Part shown: piece after piece, positions 1-9,267 of the stretch
Position numbering within the stretch: position 1 is the first letter of the stretch
Layout: every line of letters starts with the position of its first letter
NCBI GenBank assembly: GCA_014728035.1
Contig: WJMJ01000034.1
Location: 1-64,000 of the forward strand
Length of the DNA stretch: 64,000 nucleotides
Direction: 5' to 3'
Origin: Promethearchaeota archaeon
GTDB taxonomy: Archaea; Asgardarchaeota; Thorarchaeia; Thorarchaeales; Thorarchaeaceae
Translations under genes and position numbers: made by a program
The notes under the pieces: generated by a model
Told to the model about the DNA's origin: nothing
Databases searched by the model: none
The model's input: only the letters and a program-made list of their open reading frames with translations

Positions 1-1848
1 ACAGCAAGTATCCAAAATAAGACGCCTAAGCATCTCATGAGAGATAATAGATAGAAATGTATCGCTCAAAATGAAACAAATCTTTCCTCCATTTTTCACT
101 CGTCTAATAGCATTTGCAAGAAAGAAACCGTAAGCATCATTACTGCCAAGCTTGTATTTGTAACTCTGTGCTTCCTTTCTATACATTTTCTTATATGCAT
201 CACGTCTTATCTTGGTCGGTTTTCCGCCGTAAGGTGGATTTCCAATAAATACATCAAATTCAGCTACTTTGAAATCCCCTATTGTTTTAGTTACATGATG
301 TTGATTTAAACCAGATTCCATCTCTTCAGAAAAATCTGTTATATCCGGACTTTTTGCAAGATGACCACTAGTTTCTGATTTATCTACTGGAACCATTCCA
401 AGACTATCGAATACAAATACATTTGGAATCTTCATGTCAGCCATATTTGAATACTTGAAGAACAATCGAATCGCAGATAGTTGAACTGCAAAAGGATCTA
501 TATCATTTCCCCAAACTTGACTAAGAGATTTAGAAATCGCTTCTTCTTCCGTGTATCCTTTATCATCATAAAGTAAATTTTTCAAATACTCAACACATGA
601 CTCTAAGAAATGTCCACTTCCACATGCGGGATCAATTATTTCATAATCAGATTTGATTCCGACATTTTCTACCATATACCTAACTGTACTCTTAGGTGTA
701 TAGAAAGCTCCAAGATGTTGTTGCTGTTGGCATTTTCTCAAAAAAGTCTGATAAAGTTCACCAACACGATATTCTGAAATTGCACTAAAATCATATTTCT
801 TAAGATTGATGATAAGATTTGTAACTATCTCATTTTCTGGATAAAAATAATCATAATCCGACTTTGAATAGACTTTTGGAAAATCAACTTCTGCAAGAGA
901 GAATGCAGCTTGAGTTATTTCATACCAAGTTTTAGTATCTATGGCTTTCTCTTTTAATTCACGCACAAATTCTCTGAATACTTCCTCATTAATTTCCGAA
1001 TCATATATTTCCAGTTTCTTCTTTAGGAAAGCAGCTGAAATTCCTGCAAATGCTTTCTCTCGTTCAGACATAGATTTCGTAATATCAAACTCTCGAAGAA
1101 CACGAAAATAAGAATCCAAATCATTATCTTCAATGAATTTAAGAAATATTATTTTATTTAGATAATTAAGTGCTGAAGTAGCAGCTATCTCTTTATGTAC
1201 TCTACTGATTGATTTTGTGTCTAGACTTTTTCCTATTCTATTCTTTAAATCCTTGTAATGATCAAATATTCCTTCAGGATATCTATTTCCATCTAAATCA
1301 GTTGATTCACTTCTCTCAATTCTCTGTAGTTGACGATATATGGAGTCTTGAAATTCATCTATAAAGGGAGATATAACTTGAATTAGCTTGGTGAGTTCTA
1401 TCATCTTCGTAGAGTATTCACCAGGTTTTTGTTTCTGAACTTCTTTCCAAGACAAGACTTTTCCTATTTTCTTATAGTCGGGATTTTTTGGGTTTCTTGT
1501 CGTCGCTTCATACATTATAAACTGAATACCATCACTAACTAAGAGATAAGGTGGAGGAGAATCAAAGTCTTCTGCATATGCGTATGGGAGAAGTTGCTCA
1601 TCTAACAGTTTCTTGAGAAGATCTTCTCTTAATTTATTAGATGAATCTGAGAGTTTTCCTTCAGCTTTTAGTTCAACCAAGACAAGGGGTTTGCCTTGAT
1701 ACATATAACATCCATCAAAAAAACCAGTTTCTAAGAATCCTTGTTGATCATATCTTTCAGGCCCTGAAGATGCGGCTGAGGGAAATCCTTTCTTTTTCAT
1801 AAAAGGATGAAATAAACGATCTCGTGTTTCATCTTCATTTTGTGGCAA
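1..1848 (-). CDS. Type IIG-like restriction-modification fusion (N-terminal PD-(D/E)xK nuclease plus N6-adenine methyltransferase), 3' end beyond the window edge
   Basis: Absent from the ORF track because no stop lies inside the window. Hand translation from TTG at 1848 (GAGGGA RBS upstream) gives MPQNEDETRDRLFHPF...FFDG...VLVELK...LLVSDG. Later motifs: QHLGAFYTPK, motif I IIDPACGSGHF, DIDPFAV, motif IV FDVFIGNPPY (~230-260). Confidence 0.85.
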   Translation of the reverse strand, partial: MPQNEDETRDRLFHPFMKKKGFPSAASSGPERYDQQGFLETGFFDGCYMYQGKPLVLVELKAEGKLSDSSNKLREDLLKKLLDEQLLPYAYAEDFDSPPPYLLVSDGIQFIMYEATTRNPKNPDYKKIGKVLSWKEVQKQKPGEYSTKMIELTKLIQVISPFIDEFQDSIYRQLQRIERSESTDLDGNRYPEGIFDHYKDLKNRIGKSLDTKSISRVHKEIAATSALNYLNKIIFLKFIEDNDLDSYFRVLREFDITKSMSEREKAFAGISAAFLKKKLEIYDSEINEEVFREFVRELKEKAIDTKTWYEITQAAFSLAEVDFPKVYSKSDYDYFYPENEIVTNLIINLKKYDFSAISEYRVGELYQTFLRKCQQQQHLGAFYTPKSTVRYMVENVGIKSDYEIIDPACGSGHFLESCVEYLKNLLYDDKGYTEEEAISKSLSQVWGNDIDPFAVQLSAIRLFFKYSNMADMKIPNVFVFDSLGMVPVDKSETSGHLAKSPDITDFSEEMESGLNQHHVTKTIGDFKVAEFDVFIGNPPYGGKPTKIRRDAYKKMYRKEAQSYKYKLGSNDAYGFFLANAIRRVKNGGKICFILSDTFLSIISHEMLRRLILDTCC

Positions 1849-1949
1849 AAACTATCCCTCAATACTTAACAAAAGATGACAACTAATAAATCGACCGAAA
1901 ATATTCTCTTTTCTGACAAATGATAATTCAAGGAAAGTGGACGCGGAAA

Positions 1950-2945
1950 TCATCTTGGTTTGATTTCTCCACCCCATTGGACCAAATCTTTAACAGTTTC
2001 TTCACGATTCCATTTTGGTTCAAATCCTAATTCATCTTTAATTTTAGAACTATCAACAATATAATTGGAACCCAACATCTTAACGCGAAATGAAGTGATG
2101 AGTGGAGGATTTGGTCTGAGAAATGCTCTATAGAGACCCCCAACAATAGCTCCAAGACCAACAGCGACTTTGTAGGGAATATTCCTGAAATCCTTTTCGA
2201 CATCTAATTCGTCAGCAACCATTTCTGCAAATTCTTTCATCTCTGTAGTAAATGAAACCACATTGTATGCATTCCCATTAGCGACATCCATTTTTTCAGC
2301 AGCTAATACTAGAGCTCTTCCTACATCTTCTCCGTGTACTATACTCTGTTTATTATTTCCACCACTGAATATGGTGTATTCACCGGACCTCATCAATTTG
2401 ATGATATTTGGGCCCGTGTACATGTCGCCATATCCCAAAACGATAGGTGGTCGAATTGCTGTTGCATTGAATCCATGCTTTTCAGAGTATTCCCAGACTA
2501 ATTCCTCTGCTGCTAGTTTTGACTTCTGATAGGCGTTTGCCGGCTTGTGGGGATAATTCTCATGCATTGGTTCTTCAGTATTTGGAAATCCATAGAGAGC
2601 CGTTGAAGAAGTGTAGATAAGATTTGGAATCTCTTTCTCTACAACAAAATCCAAGATGTTTCTAGTGCCTTCAACGTTAACCGGCCAGAAATGTTGTTTT
2701 CCACCCCAATCAGACATTATAGCCGCATTATGAAACAGCCATTCAGTATCTTCAGGGATTGCACTACTCAAAGAATCTACTTCTGTTATATCACCAATAA
2801 CCGTCCGAACTTGTACATCTTCAAGCAGATATAGATCTGATGATTCACGGACAAGTATAGTAACTTCATGTCCTTTTTGTACAAGAGTTCTGACAATATG
2901 ATTACCAATGAATCCAGTACCACCAGTCACAAAGCATTTTGTCAT
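1950..2945 (-). CDS. NAD-dependent epimerase/dehydratase (extended SDR, 3-beta-HSD/HpnA-like)
   Basis: VTGGTGFIG Rossmann motif, HNAA, NVEGT, YTSS, catalytic YQKSK. Confidence 0.9.
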   Translation of the reverse strand: MTKCFVTGGTGFIGNHIVRTLVQKGHEVTILVRESSDLYLLEDVQVRTVIGDITEVDSLSSAIPEDTEWLFHNAAIMSDWGGKQHFWPVNVEGTRNILDFVVEKEIPNLIYTSSTALYGFPNTEEPMHENYPHKPANAYQKSKLAAEELVWEYSEKHGFNATAIRPPIVLGYGDMYTGPNIIKLMRSGEYTIFSGGNNKQSIVHGEDVGRALVLAAEKMDVANGNAYNVVSFTTEMKEFAEMVADELDVEKDFRNIPYKVAVGLGAIVGGLYRAFLRPNPPLITSFRVKMLGSNYIVDSSKIKDELGFEPKWNREETVKDLVQWGGEIKPR

Positions 2946-3032
2946 ACCAGCACCGCAAATATCTATTGGGAGGACTTTTTTCAGTCTTCCGAATTTTCAT
3001 AGAAACTGATCTTAGTAATTATCCAAGTACTA

Positions 3033-3062
3033 ACACAGTACAATATTGTGTTGTGTATAAAT
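3033..3062 (+). promoter_or_regulatory. Imperfect 24-bp palindrome abutting a TATA-like box
   Basis: ACACAGTACAAT|ATTGTGTTGTGT (10/12 arm match, perfect ACAATATTGT core), followed directly by TATAAAT, ~65 bp upstream of the 3125 CDS. Confidence 0.35.
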
Positions 3063-3124
3063 GTGAACAATGATATTTTTTAGGAAGAAGGGAAACATGT
3101 AACCGCAATGTGAGTTGAAAAAGC

Positions 3125-6100
3125 TTGACAAAGTACGCCATTCTAGTAATCATGTTATTCATGATTATTTTTGCAGGGTCAACCGCTACTGAAAATACAG
3201 AAGTGACTATTGCCACAGGTACTCCCAGGCAAACAATGCAAATTGGTCAGGATGAATATGTTGTTCATGAACCAATATCAATAACTTCAAAACAAGACAT
3301 GGTAGATTTAGGACTACCTGGAGCTGGAAAAGCTGACAATCCATTCATTATTGAAGAATTTATCTTTGAGGAAAATGAAGAATCCATCTATATCCAAACC
3401 ACAGATGAATATCTGATTATTAGAAACTGCTTTTTCAGAGATAATATGGTTCCATATCAATCAGGAGATATTAGTCTGGTGGGAGCAAGTAATGTAGTAG
3501 TTACTAATTGCACATTTCAAGGTTATTACAGAGGTGGCGTCTATTCTAGTTTTTCATCAGATTGCCTCATATCTGATTGTACATTCAAGGTTTACGAATC
3601 ACAAATTCAAGTATACCAATCTCAAAGATTCAATCTTGAGAATAACTATTTTGAGATGAGATCAAGAATATTATACAGTGACTCTTTTGACTCTCAGATT
3701 CAAAATAATGAGATAAATTCGCAAATGTATTCTAATATAGGAGCTCATTTTTCTAATAATGTTTCTTTCATCAACAATCAACTGATTTTGTCACAACCTG
3801 GATATATGTCAAATCAATTGATATCATGTCAGTATACAAACAATTTTGTTTTTAGAAACAACATCGTAGAAAATTATTCGTTCGGATTGAGAATATCAAA
3901 TTGCTTGAACGCAAGGATTGAAGATAATGTGTTTGTCAATAGCGGAATCGAATTGTACTCTAATTCTAATGATCCAAATCATTTTCTACATGATATCACA
4001 AACAACACGTGCTCTGGGAAACCACTTGTGTATCTGACCCAAGAATCCAATCTGGATATCTCGTCTGCAGGACAAGTGATAGCAGTAGATTGTACAAATA
4101 TCGTAGTAAGTGAAGAAAATTTTGTTAGCACTTATCAACCTATTCAATTCGCTTTTTGCAGAGATTCCAGAATTGAAAAATGTACTTTCTTGTTGGGAAG
4201 GATTGGCATTTCTATTATCAAGAGTGAAAATATAACGATCTCAACATGTAATTTTTTGGAAATATATCAAAGTAGCATCACTATACTAGATTCTCATGAT
4301 GTTCAAATTGAGTGGAATAATATATCTCAAATAGAAACAACAACTAGAGGAATGACCATATTCAATTCAATCAATTGTAGAATCACAAATAACAGTGTGA
4401 ATGTTTCTCAATATGCATTGAGTGTACTTGAATCGGCCGATATTGATATAATTGATAATAGCTTTGAAGCTCAGTATATGGGATTTCATATTGCTGATTG
4501 TTCATTCATTAATCTTCAGAATAACACCATTGATACAAACAATGATGAATTTTGGATCGAGTTATCTAAGAATATCACACTCACTGAAAATACAATTCTA
4601 GCAAACCAGAAAAAATTTGGAATCTATATTTGTCAAAATGTATCAATGGTAAATAATGAGTTATATGGAATTCTGTTATATATTGAAGGTAGTAACAAAT
4701 CCTGTTATAAGCTGAATGTAGTAGGTAATCTAATAGATAACCATGAATTGACTTTTCTGGTAGAACAACAGGATTTGAATTTGAATTGTACTTTCTCCAC
4801 TCAAGTATTTTTGATTGATTGTCAAAATGTGAGTGTCACTAGTGGATATGAAAATATCACCAAAAGCTTGCTTTTTGCATTTTGTAATGACACCATATTT
4901 TTCAATACTTCAATAAATGATATCCAATATGTTGGACTTGAATGCATCCAATCAAGTGGGATTTCACTCACAGGAATAACTGTTGAAGATGCAAAGGATG
5001 TTGTTGAAATTCGAGAATCCCAAAATTGTATCATATCAGATAGCAAGTTTACAAATTGTAGTCACACAATTCGGCTGGATAATATAGTTGGATTGACTAT
5101 TTCTGACACCATAATTGAAACTTCAACGTACGGAATTATTCTGGATAATGGAAATGATGGTATTGTTTCAAATGTCCAACTTCTCAATATTTCACATTTC
5201 GGATTTGAAATAGTAGATTTTGATAATGTATCTATAATAGATAGTCAATTTGAGGTGACTGGATTATTTTCTATAAATATATACTACTCATCTGATGTAA
5301 TTGTAAAACGGAATGATTTCAATAATGGGGGATTTGGCATCACAGGATATAATTCGGAAAGAATACAAGTTAGGAATAGCCATTTTGAAAATTGTGATGG
5401 AGCAATAAGAATCGATAAATCATCAGACAGTATAATTACCCAGAATACGATAATTGGTTCGGGATTTGAATCAGGAATTTCAATCACTGAATCATATGAC
5501 TGTACGATATCTCTTAACACGTTGAAAGGTAACTGGGTGTCTATTCATGCTTCGTTTTCAGATGGATTAGCTCTTTCTGAAAATATATTCGAAAATGGAG
5601 GAATCTACTTCCGGTCCTTTTTCAGTTTCACTATGTCAAACAATTTTGCAAATGGCAAAGAAATTGTAAGCATCAAAGGTCAGAATGATATAACCCTCAT
5701 TGATGATGACTATGGCCAACTTATTTTGTATGATTGCATGCGAGTCACATTAGAAAATATTGAAATTGAGAATGTATCCGTCCCCATTCAGCTAATTGCT
5801 TGTTATACCAGCACTATTGATTCATGTAGGATATCAGATTCTTACTACGGAATGTCTTTTGTGAATTGTATCGATTCAGACATTCAAGATACAGATATCA
5901 CTTACTGTGAAATAGGGATGGTGTTCATGAGTTGTGATGATTGTACCACAACCTCCTCGTATTTTGCCTGGAATTCTATTGGTGCTGAAGCGGTTTCGTC
6001 ATTTGGTGTTTTGAGATTCTACGAGAATGAATTCTATAAGAATGAAATTGGTCTAAGCATTCACTATAGTAGTAATGCAATAGTCGAAGATAACCTATTT

Positions 6101-7828
6101 GATAGGTGTATTCTATATGGATTGGAATGTATCCAGACGGACAGTTGCGAAATAAACAGAAATCAATTTCAGGATTCTCTTATAGCTGCAATATTTCGTT
6201 ACGGCTCAAACAATAGATTTGAGGAAAATATATTGATCAACAATGGGATAATGATAGATGGATATTCTAATGAAGTAGTTCTTGCAAATGATAACAAAGT
6301 AAACGAGAAGGAACTATTTATCGCATACAACATCGCCAATCAAGTCATCAACGCAAACGATTATGGCCAGATAATAGTGATGAATGGTTCTGGAGTCACT
6401 ATCAAAAATGCAGAGATAAGAAACGCATCAATTGGTATTGAAATCGTACGCTCAAACGATTGTGAGATTATTAGTAATGTTCTACTACAAAATTCATTTG
6501 CGTCAATTTACGTATATGAGAGCGATCAATTATCAATCCATCATAATGTGATTTCAGATAGTGATATTGGAATTAAACAAGTTAAATCGATGTACTGTAA
6601 TATAACACAAAACGAGATTGACAATTGTGTTGTAGGTATCGAATCAAAATTAGATGGAGAGGGTACAATAGTTCAAAACAGTGTTAGTGACTCTGAAACA
6701 GGAATCAAATCAAGAGGGTCATATTCTATATCTATCCTTAACAATACGGTAACCAGTTGTGATATCGGGATAGAATTAGCTCATTATCTTGATTACTACT
6801 ATCCATTTAGATCCAGCGATTGTGAAGTCAGACAAAACATGGTATTCCGAGGAAGTATAGGTATCAAATGTGGATTAGCTGTAGAGTGTAAGCTAGTAAA
6901 TAATTCAATTTATGCGAATTCTGATTTTGGAGTATTCCTAAATAGCTCAAGTATATCCAACTTGGTTTACGAAAACAATATTGGTTGGAATGCAATTGAT
7001 GCATATGATTCAGGTTTTGATAACAAGTGGAACACGAATGATGGAATAGGGAATAATTGGTATAACCAAACTCCATCATACCCTAAAAAAATCCAAGGTC
7101 TTGCGAACAGTACAGATTTCTATCCAGTCTACGAAGAGGATACAACAGCACCGACAGTTTCTGCTAAACAAGAAATTGCATTTGAGTATGGAACACCTGA
7201 AATATTGGCAATCGTTCATTGTGATGATCTATTTCTATGGACATATTCCTTGACCATCGATAGTCAAACACCAAGTGAGTATAATATTACAAGTCGAAAG
7301 ATTGAGATTGCCGTTTCTCATTTAGAGCCAGGAGTACATAACGTAATAGTGGTTGTGGGTGATTATGTTGGGTACACCAGTAGCATTTCTATTGAAGTTG
7401 TTTCAGATACCCCACAAATACCATATCTGGACCATCCAGAAGATATTCAATATGTAGAAGGAAGCACTGGAAATCGAATAGTCTGGAATGCCTCAGATAA
7501 TTATCCAGATAGCTATATTATCTTATTAGATGGTAATGAACTCAAAAATGAAGTATGGAATGGTAGTTCAATAACATTATCTGTTGATGGACTGGCAATA
7601 TCTAGATACAACTTCACAGTGATAGTTTTTGACAAAGCTGGCAACTATGCAAACGATTCCGTCTATGTTGAAGTTGTTACACCAATAGATCCAATGATGG
7701 TTGCATTAGTCGGAATTATGATTGGAGAAGGTGTACTGGCAATCCTAATAGTTCGTTATTATGTCATGAAGAAGTCCGAAATTAGTGAAGATACACCCGT
7801 ATCTCCAGATTCAATACTCGAATCCTAA
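3125..7828 (+). CDS. Large membrane-anchored right-handed parallel beta-helix (NosD/pectin-lyase-like) surface protein with two Ig-like stalk domains
   Basis: Signal peptide, GLPGAGKADNPFIIE cap motif, many N-x-I-x-x-N / GI-x-I beta-helix rungs, GNNW end motif, DHPEDIQYVEGSTGNRIVW Ig-like domain, C-terminal TM helix (VALVGIMIGEGVLAILIV). Confidence 0.88.
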   Translation: MTKYAILVIMLFMIIFAGSTATENTEVTIATGTPRQTMQIGQDEYVVHEPISITSKQDMVDLGLPGAGKADNPFIIEEFIFEENEESIYIQTTDEYLIIRNCFFRDNMVPYQSGDISLVGASNVVVTNCTFQGYYRGGVYSSFSSDCLISDCTFKVYESQIQVYQSQRFNLENNYFEMRSRILYSDSFDSQIQNNEINSQMYSNIGAHFSNNVSFINNQLILSQPGYMSNQLISCQYTNNFVFRNNIVENYSFGLRISNCLNARIEDNVFVNSGIELYSNSNDPNHFLHDITNNTCSGKPLVYLTQESNLDISSAGQVIAVDCTNIVVSEENFVSTYQPIQFAFCRDSRIEKCTFLLGRIGISIIKSENITISTCNFLEIYQSSITILDSHDVQIEWNNISQIETTTRGMTIFNSINCRITNNSVNVSQYALSVLESADIDIIDNSFEAQYMGFHIADCSFINLQNNTIDTNNDEFWIELSKNITLTENTILANQKKFGIYICQNVSMVNNELYGILLYIEGSNKSCYKLNVVGNLIDNHELTFLVEQQDLNLNCTFSTQVFLIDCQNVSVTSGYENITKSLLFAFCNDTIFFNTSINDIQYVGLECIQSSGISLTGITVEDAKDVVEIRESQNCIISDSKFTNCSHTIRLDNIVGLTISDTIIETSTYGIILDNGNDGIVSNVQLLNISHFGFEIVDFDNVSIIDSQFEVTGLFSINIYYSSDVIVKRNDFNNGGFGITGYNSERIQVRNSHFENCDGAIRIDKSSDSIITQNTIIGSGFESGISITESYDCTISLNTLKGNWVSIHASFSDGLALSENIFENGGIYFRSFFSFTMSNNFANGKEIVSIKGQNDITLIDDDYGQLILYDCMRVTLENIEIENVSVPIQLIACYTSTIDSCRISDSYYGMSFVNCIDSDIQDTDITYCEIGMVFMSCDDCTTTSSYFAWNSIGAEAVSSFGVLRFYENEFYKNEIGLSIHYSSNAIVEDNLFDRCILYGLECIQTDSCEINRNQFQDSLIAAIFRYGSNNRFEENILINNGIMIDGYSNEVVLANDNKVNEKELFIAYNIANQVINANDYGQIIVMNGSGVTIKNAEIRNASIGIEIVRSNDCEIISNVLLQNSFASIYVYESDQLSIHHNVISDSDIGIKQVKSMYCNITQNEIDNCVVGIESKLDGEGTIVQNSVSDSETGIKSRGSYSISILNNTVTSCDIGIELAHYLDYYYPFRSSDCEVRQNMVFRGSIGIKCGLAVECKLVNNSIYANSDFGVFLNSSSISNLVYENNIGWNAIDAYDSGFDNKWNTNDGIGNNWYNQTPSYPKKIQGLANSTDFYPVYEEDTTAPTVSAKQEIAFEYGTPEILAIVHCDDLFLWTYSLTIDSQTPSEYNITSRKIEIAVSHLEPGVHNVIVVVGDYVGYTSSISIEVVSDTPQIPYLDHPEDIQYVEGSTGNRIVWNASDNYPDSYIILLDGNELKNEVWNGSSITLSVDGLAISRYNFTVIVFDKAGNYANDSVYVEVVTPIDPMMVALVGIMIGEGVLAILIVRYYVMKKSEISEDTPVSPDSILES

Positions 7829-8154
7829 ATCGATATGAATTGATGAGTCATCTAAGTAGTTTTGGATAAATAATCATAATTCCAAAATTCATGTTTAATA
7901 TCATAGAGATTATTACTCAAAAGAAGTTTTCTAAAAGCCTTAATTGTGAATATATGAGTTTATAGCAGTTAATTAGGCTCTTAGTGGTCACTTAATGCCT
8001 ATTAGTAGTGTAGAAAAAATGTAGTGATAATATCTATCCTTTTTCCCGGTTATGTACTTAATGAGTTCAACATATCGTGACGCATGGTGTTGGGCTTCCG
8101 GAGTGAATATCCCTTAGCATTTCGGCACATAAGAATTCTAGTAGGGGTAAAGAG

Positions 8155-8550
8155 ATGACAGAAGATACTGCAAATGAACCATTAATTAATACAGCTCATC
8201 CAAATATACGAGATGTTGAAGATATTGATCAATACTGGAGCTGGTTAGAGGATAGTCAGATTCAAGAAATTGACTCGGAAGAGATTCGTATCCTACAATG
8301 CCTGATGAAAGAATACATTGAAGATAGCAAGAAACTCCCTTTGGAACAAGCGGGATGGAGAAACAAGTATAACATATCCAAGAAAGCAAGAGTATCCCAA
8401 AAGAAAATCTATTGCGAAACAGGCCCAATCGAATCATTGGTGGATTTAGGTTTGATTGAAATTCGTGATTCACCAATTTCTTGGGGTGGTCAGAAATATA
8501 ATTACCGAATCAAAATCACAAAGCAGCTGATACATTATCTTGAGTTGTAG
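8155..8550 (+). CDS. Small soluble winged-helix-like protein (GWRNKY family)
   Basis: 131 aa with AGGGG RBS. Helix-turn-helix followed by L..LGLIE and a beta-wing. Homologous to the C-termini of 8622..9227 and 11197..13347. Confidence 0.7.
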   Translation: MTEDTANEPLINTAHPNIRDVEDIDQYWSWLEDSQIQEIDSEEIRILQCLMKEYIEDSKKLPLEQAGWRNKYNISKKARVSQKKIYCETGPIESLVDLGLIEIRDSPISWGGQKYNYRIKITKQLIHYLEL

Positions 8551-8621
8551 GGGAGTTATCATGGTCTTCATTCCTATCAGCAAAACTGCTATTAGGTCGA
8601 AATTGCGATATCAGACTTGGT

Positions 8622-9227
8622 ATGGAGCAAACTCGTCAATATGGTTATTTAACCAATCACATGGAGAATCTACCAAATCCAGAAGTATCAGGAAGTGTTA
8701 TACTAGCAGTTGCGATGCCAGTTATCATATTCTCGATTCTTTCACTTGGTTTCTCTATTGTAATGCTGATTTATGCAGTTCTAACAATACGAAGTCTCTC
8801 AGGTAAAAGCTCTAGAGAGGAATCGAAAGTGAGTCATGAGAAAGTCCTGATTCCAGAGTCTATAGCAAAAGAAATCACTTCAAAGAATATTATGAGTTTT
8901 CTAGAATCTCTACTCACCGAAGACGAGGTAAGAATAATCATTGCATTAGCAAAAGCAATTGTTACAGATAGAAAAAAAGAGGTTAATGATGATCAAATTG
9001 GACTAAGAAATAAGTATCAGATCAGTACAGAGTCGAATGTAGAACAGAGAGTAATTTACAGTAAAGCTGGACCAATAGACCGACTTGTCGAGGTTGGCAT
9101 CATTATGAAAATTGGTGCAGAAAAGCAAACTGGTGGACAAAAATATCTCTATGTCTTGAGTAAAGATAATTCTATCACAGCTCCTCTGATTGAAATATTT
9201 GATAGCAGAGAGGAAGTTCAAGAATAA
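8622..9227 (+). CDS. Single-TM membrane-tethered winged-helix-like protein (GLRNKY)
   Basis: Hydrophobic segment at aa ~26-56, then the same domain as 8155 (GLRNKYQI...IYSKAGPIDRLVEVGII...GGQKYLY). Start could also be ATG 8661. Confidence 0.7.
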   Translation: MEQTRQYGYLTNHMENLPNPEVSGSVILAVAMPVIIFSILSLGFSIVMLIYAVLTIRSLSGKSSREESKVSHEKVLIPESIAKEITSKNIMSFLESLLTEDEVRIIIALAKAIVTDRKKEVNDDQIGLRNKYQISTESNVEQRVIYSKAGPIDRLVEVGIIMKIGAEKQTGGQKYLYVLSKDNSITAPLIEIFDSREEVQE

Positions 9228-9267
9228 AAAACAGATTGTTTGCGTTTAGATAAAACGAGGAAATAAA

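Noticed and set aside
8057-8100. Hammerhead ribozyme (CTTAATGAG resembles CTGATGAG)
   Set aside because: The core is mismatched and no GAAA follows the stem.
8540-8806. 88-aa ORF overlapping 8622..9227
   Set aside because: Alternate frame of a gene with clear homology and a TM helix; no recognisable features.
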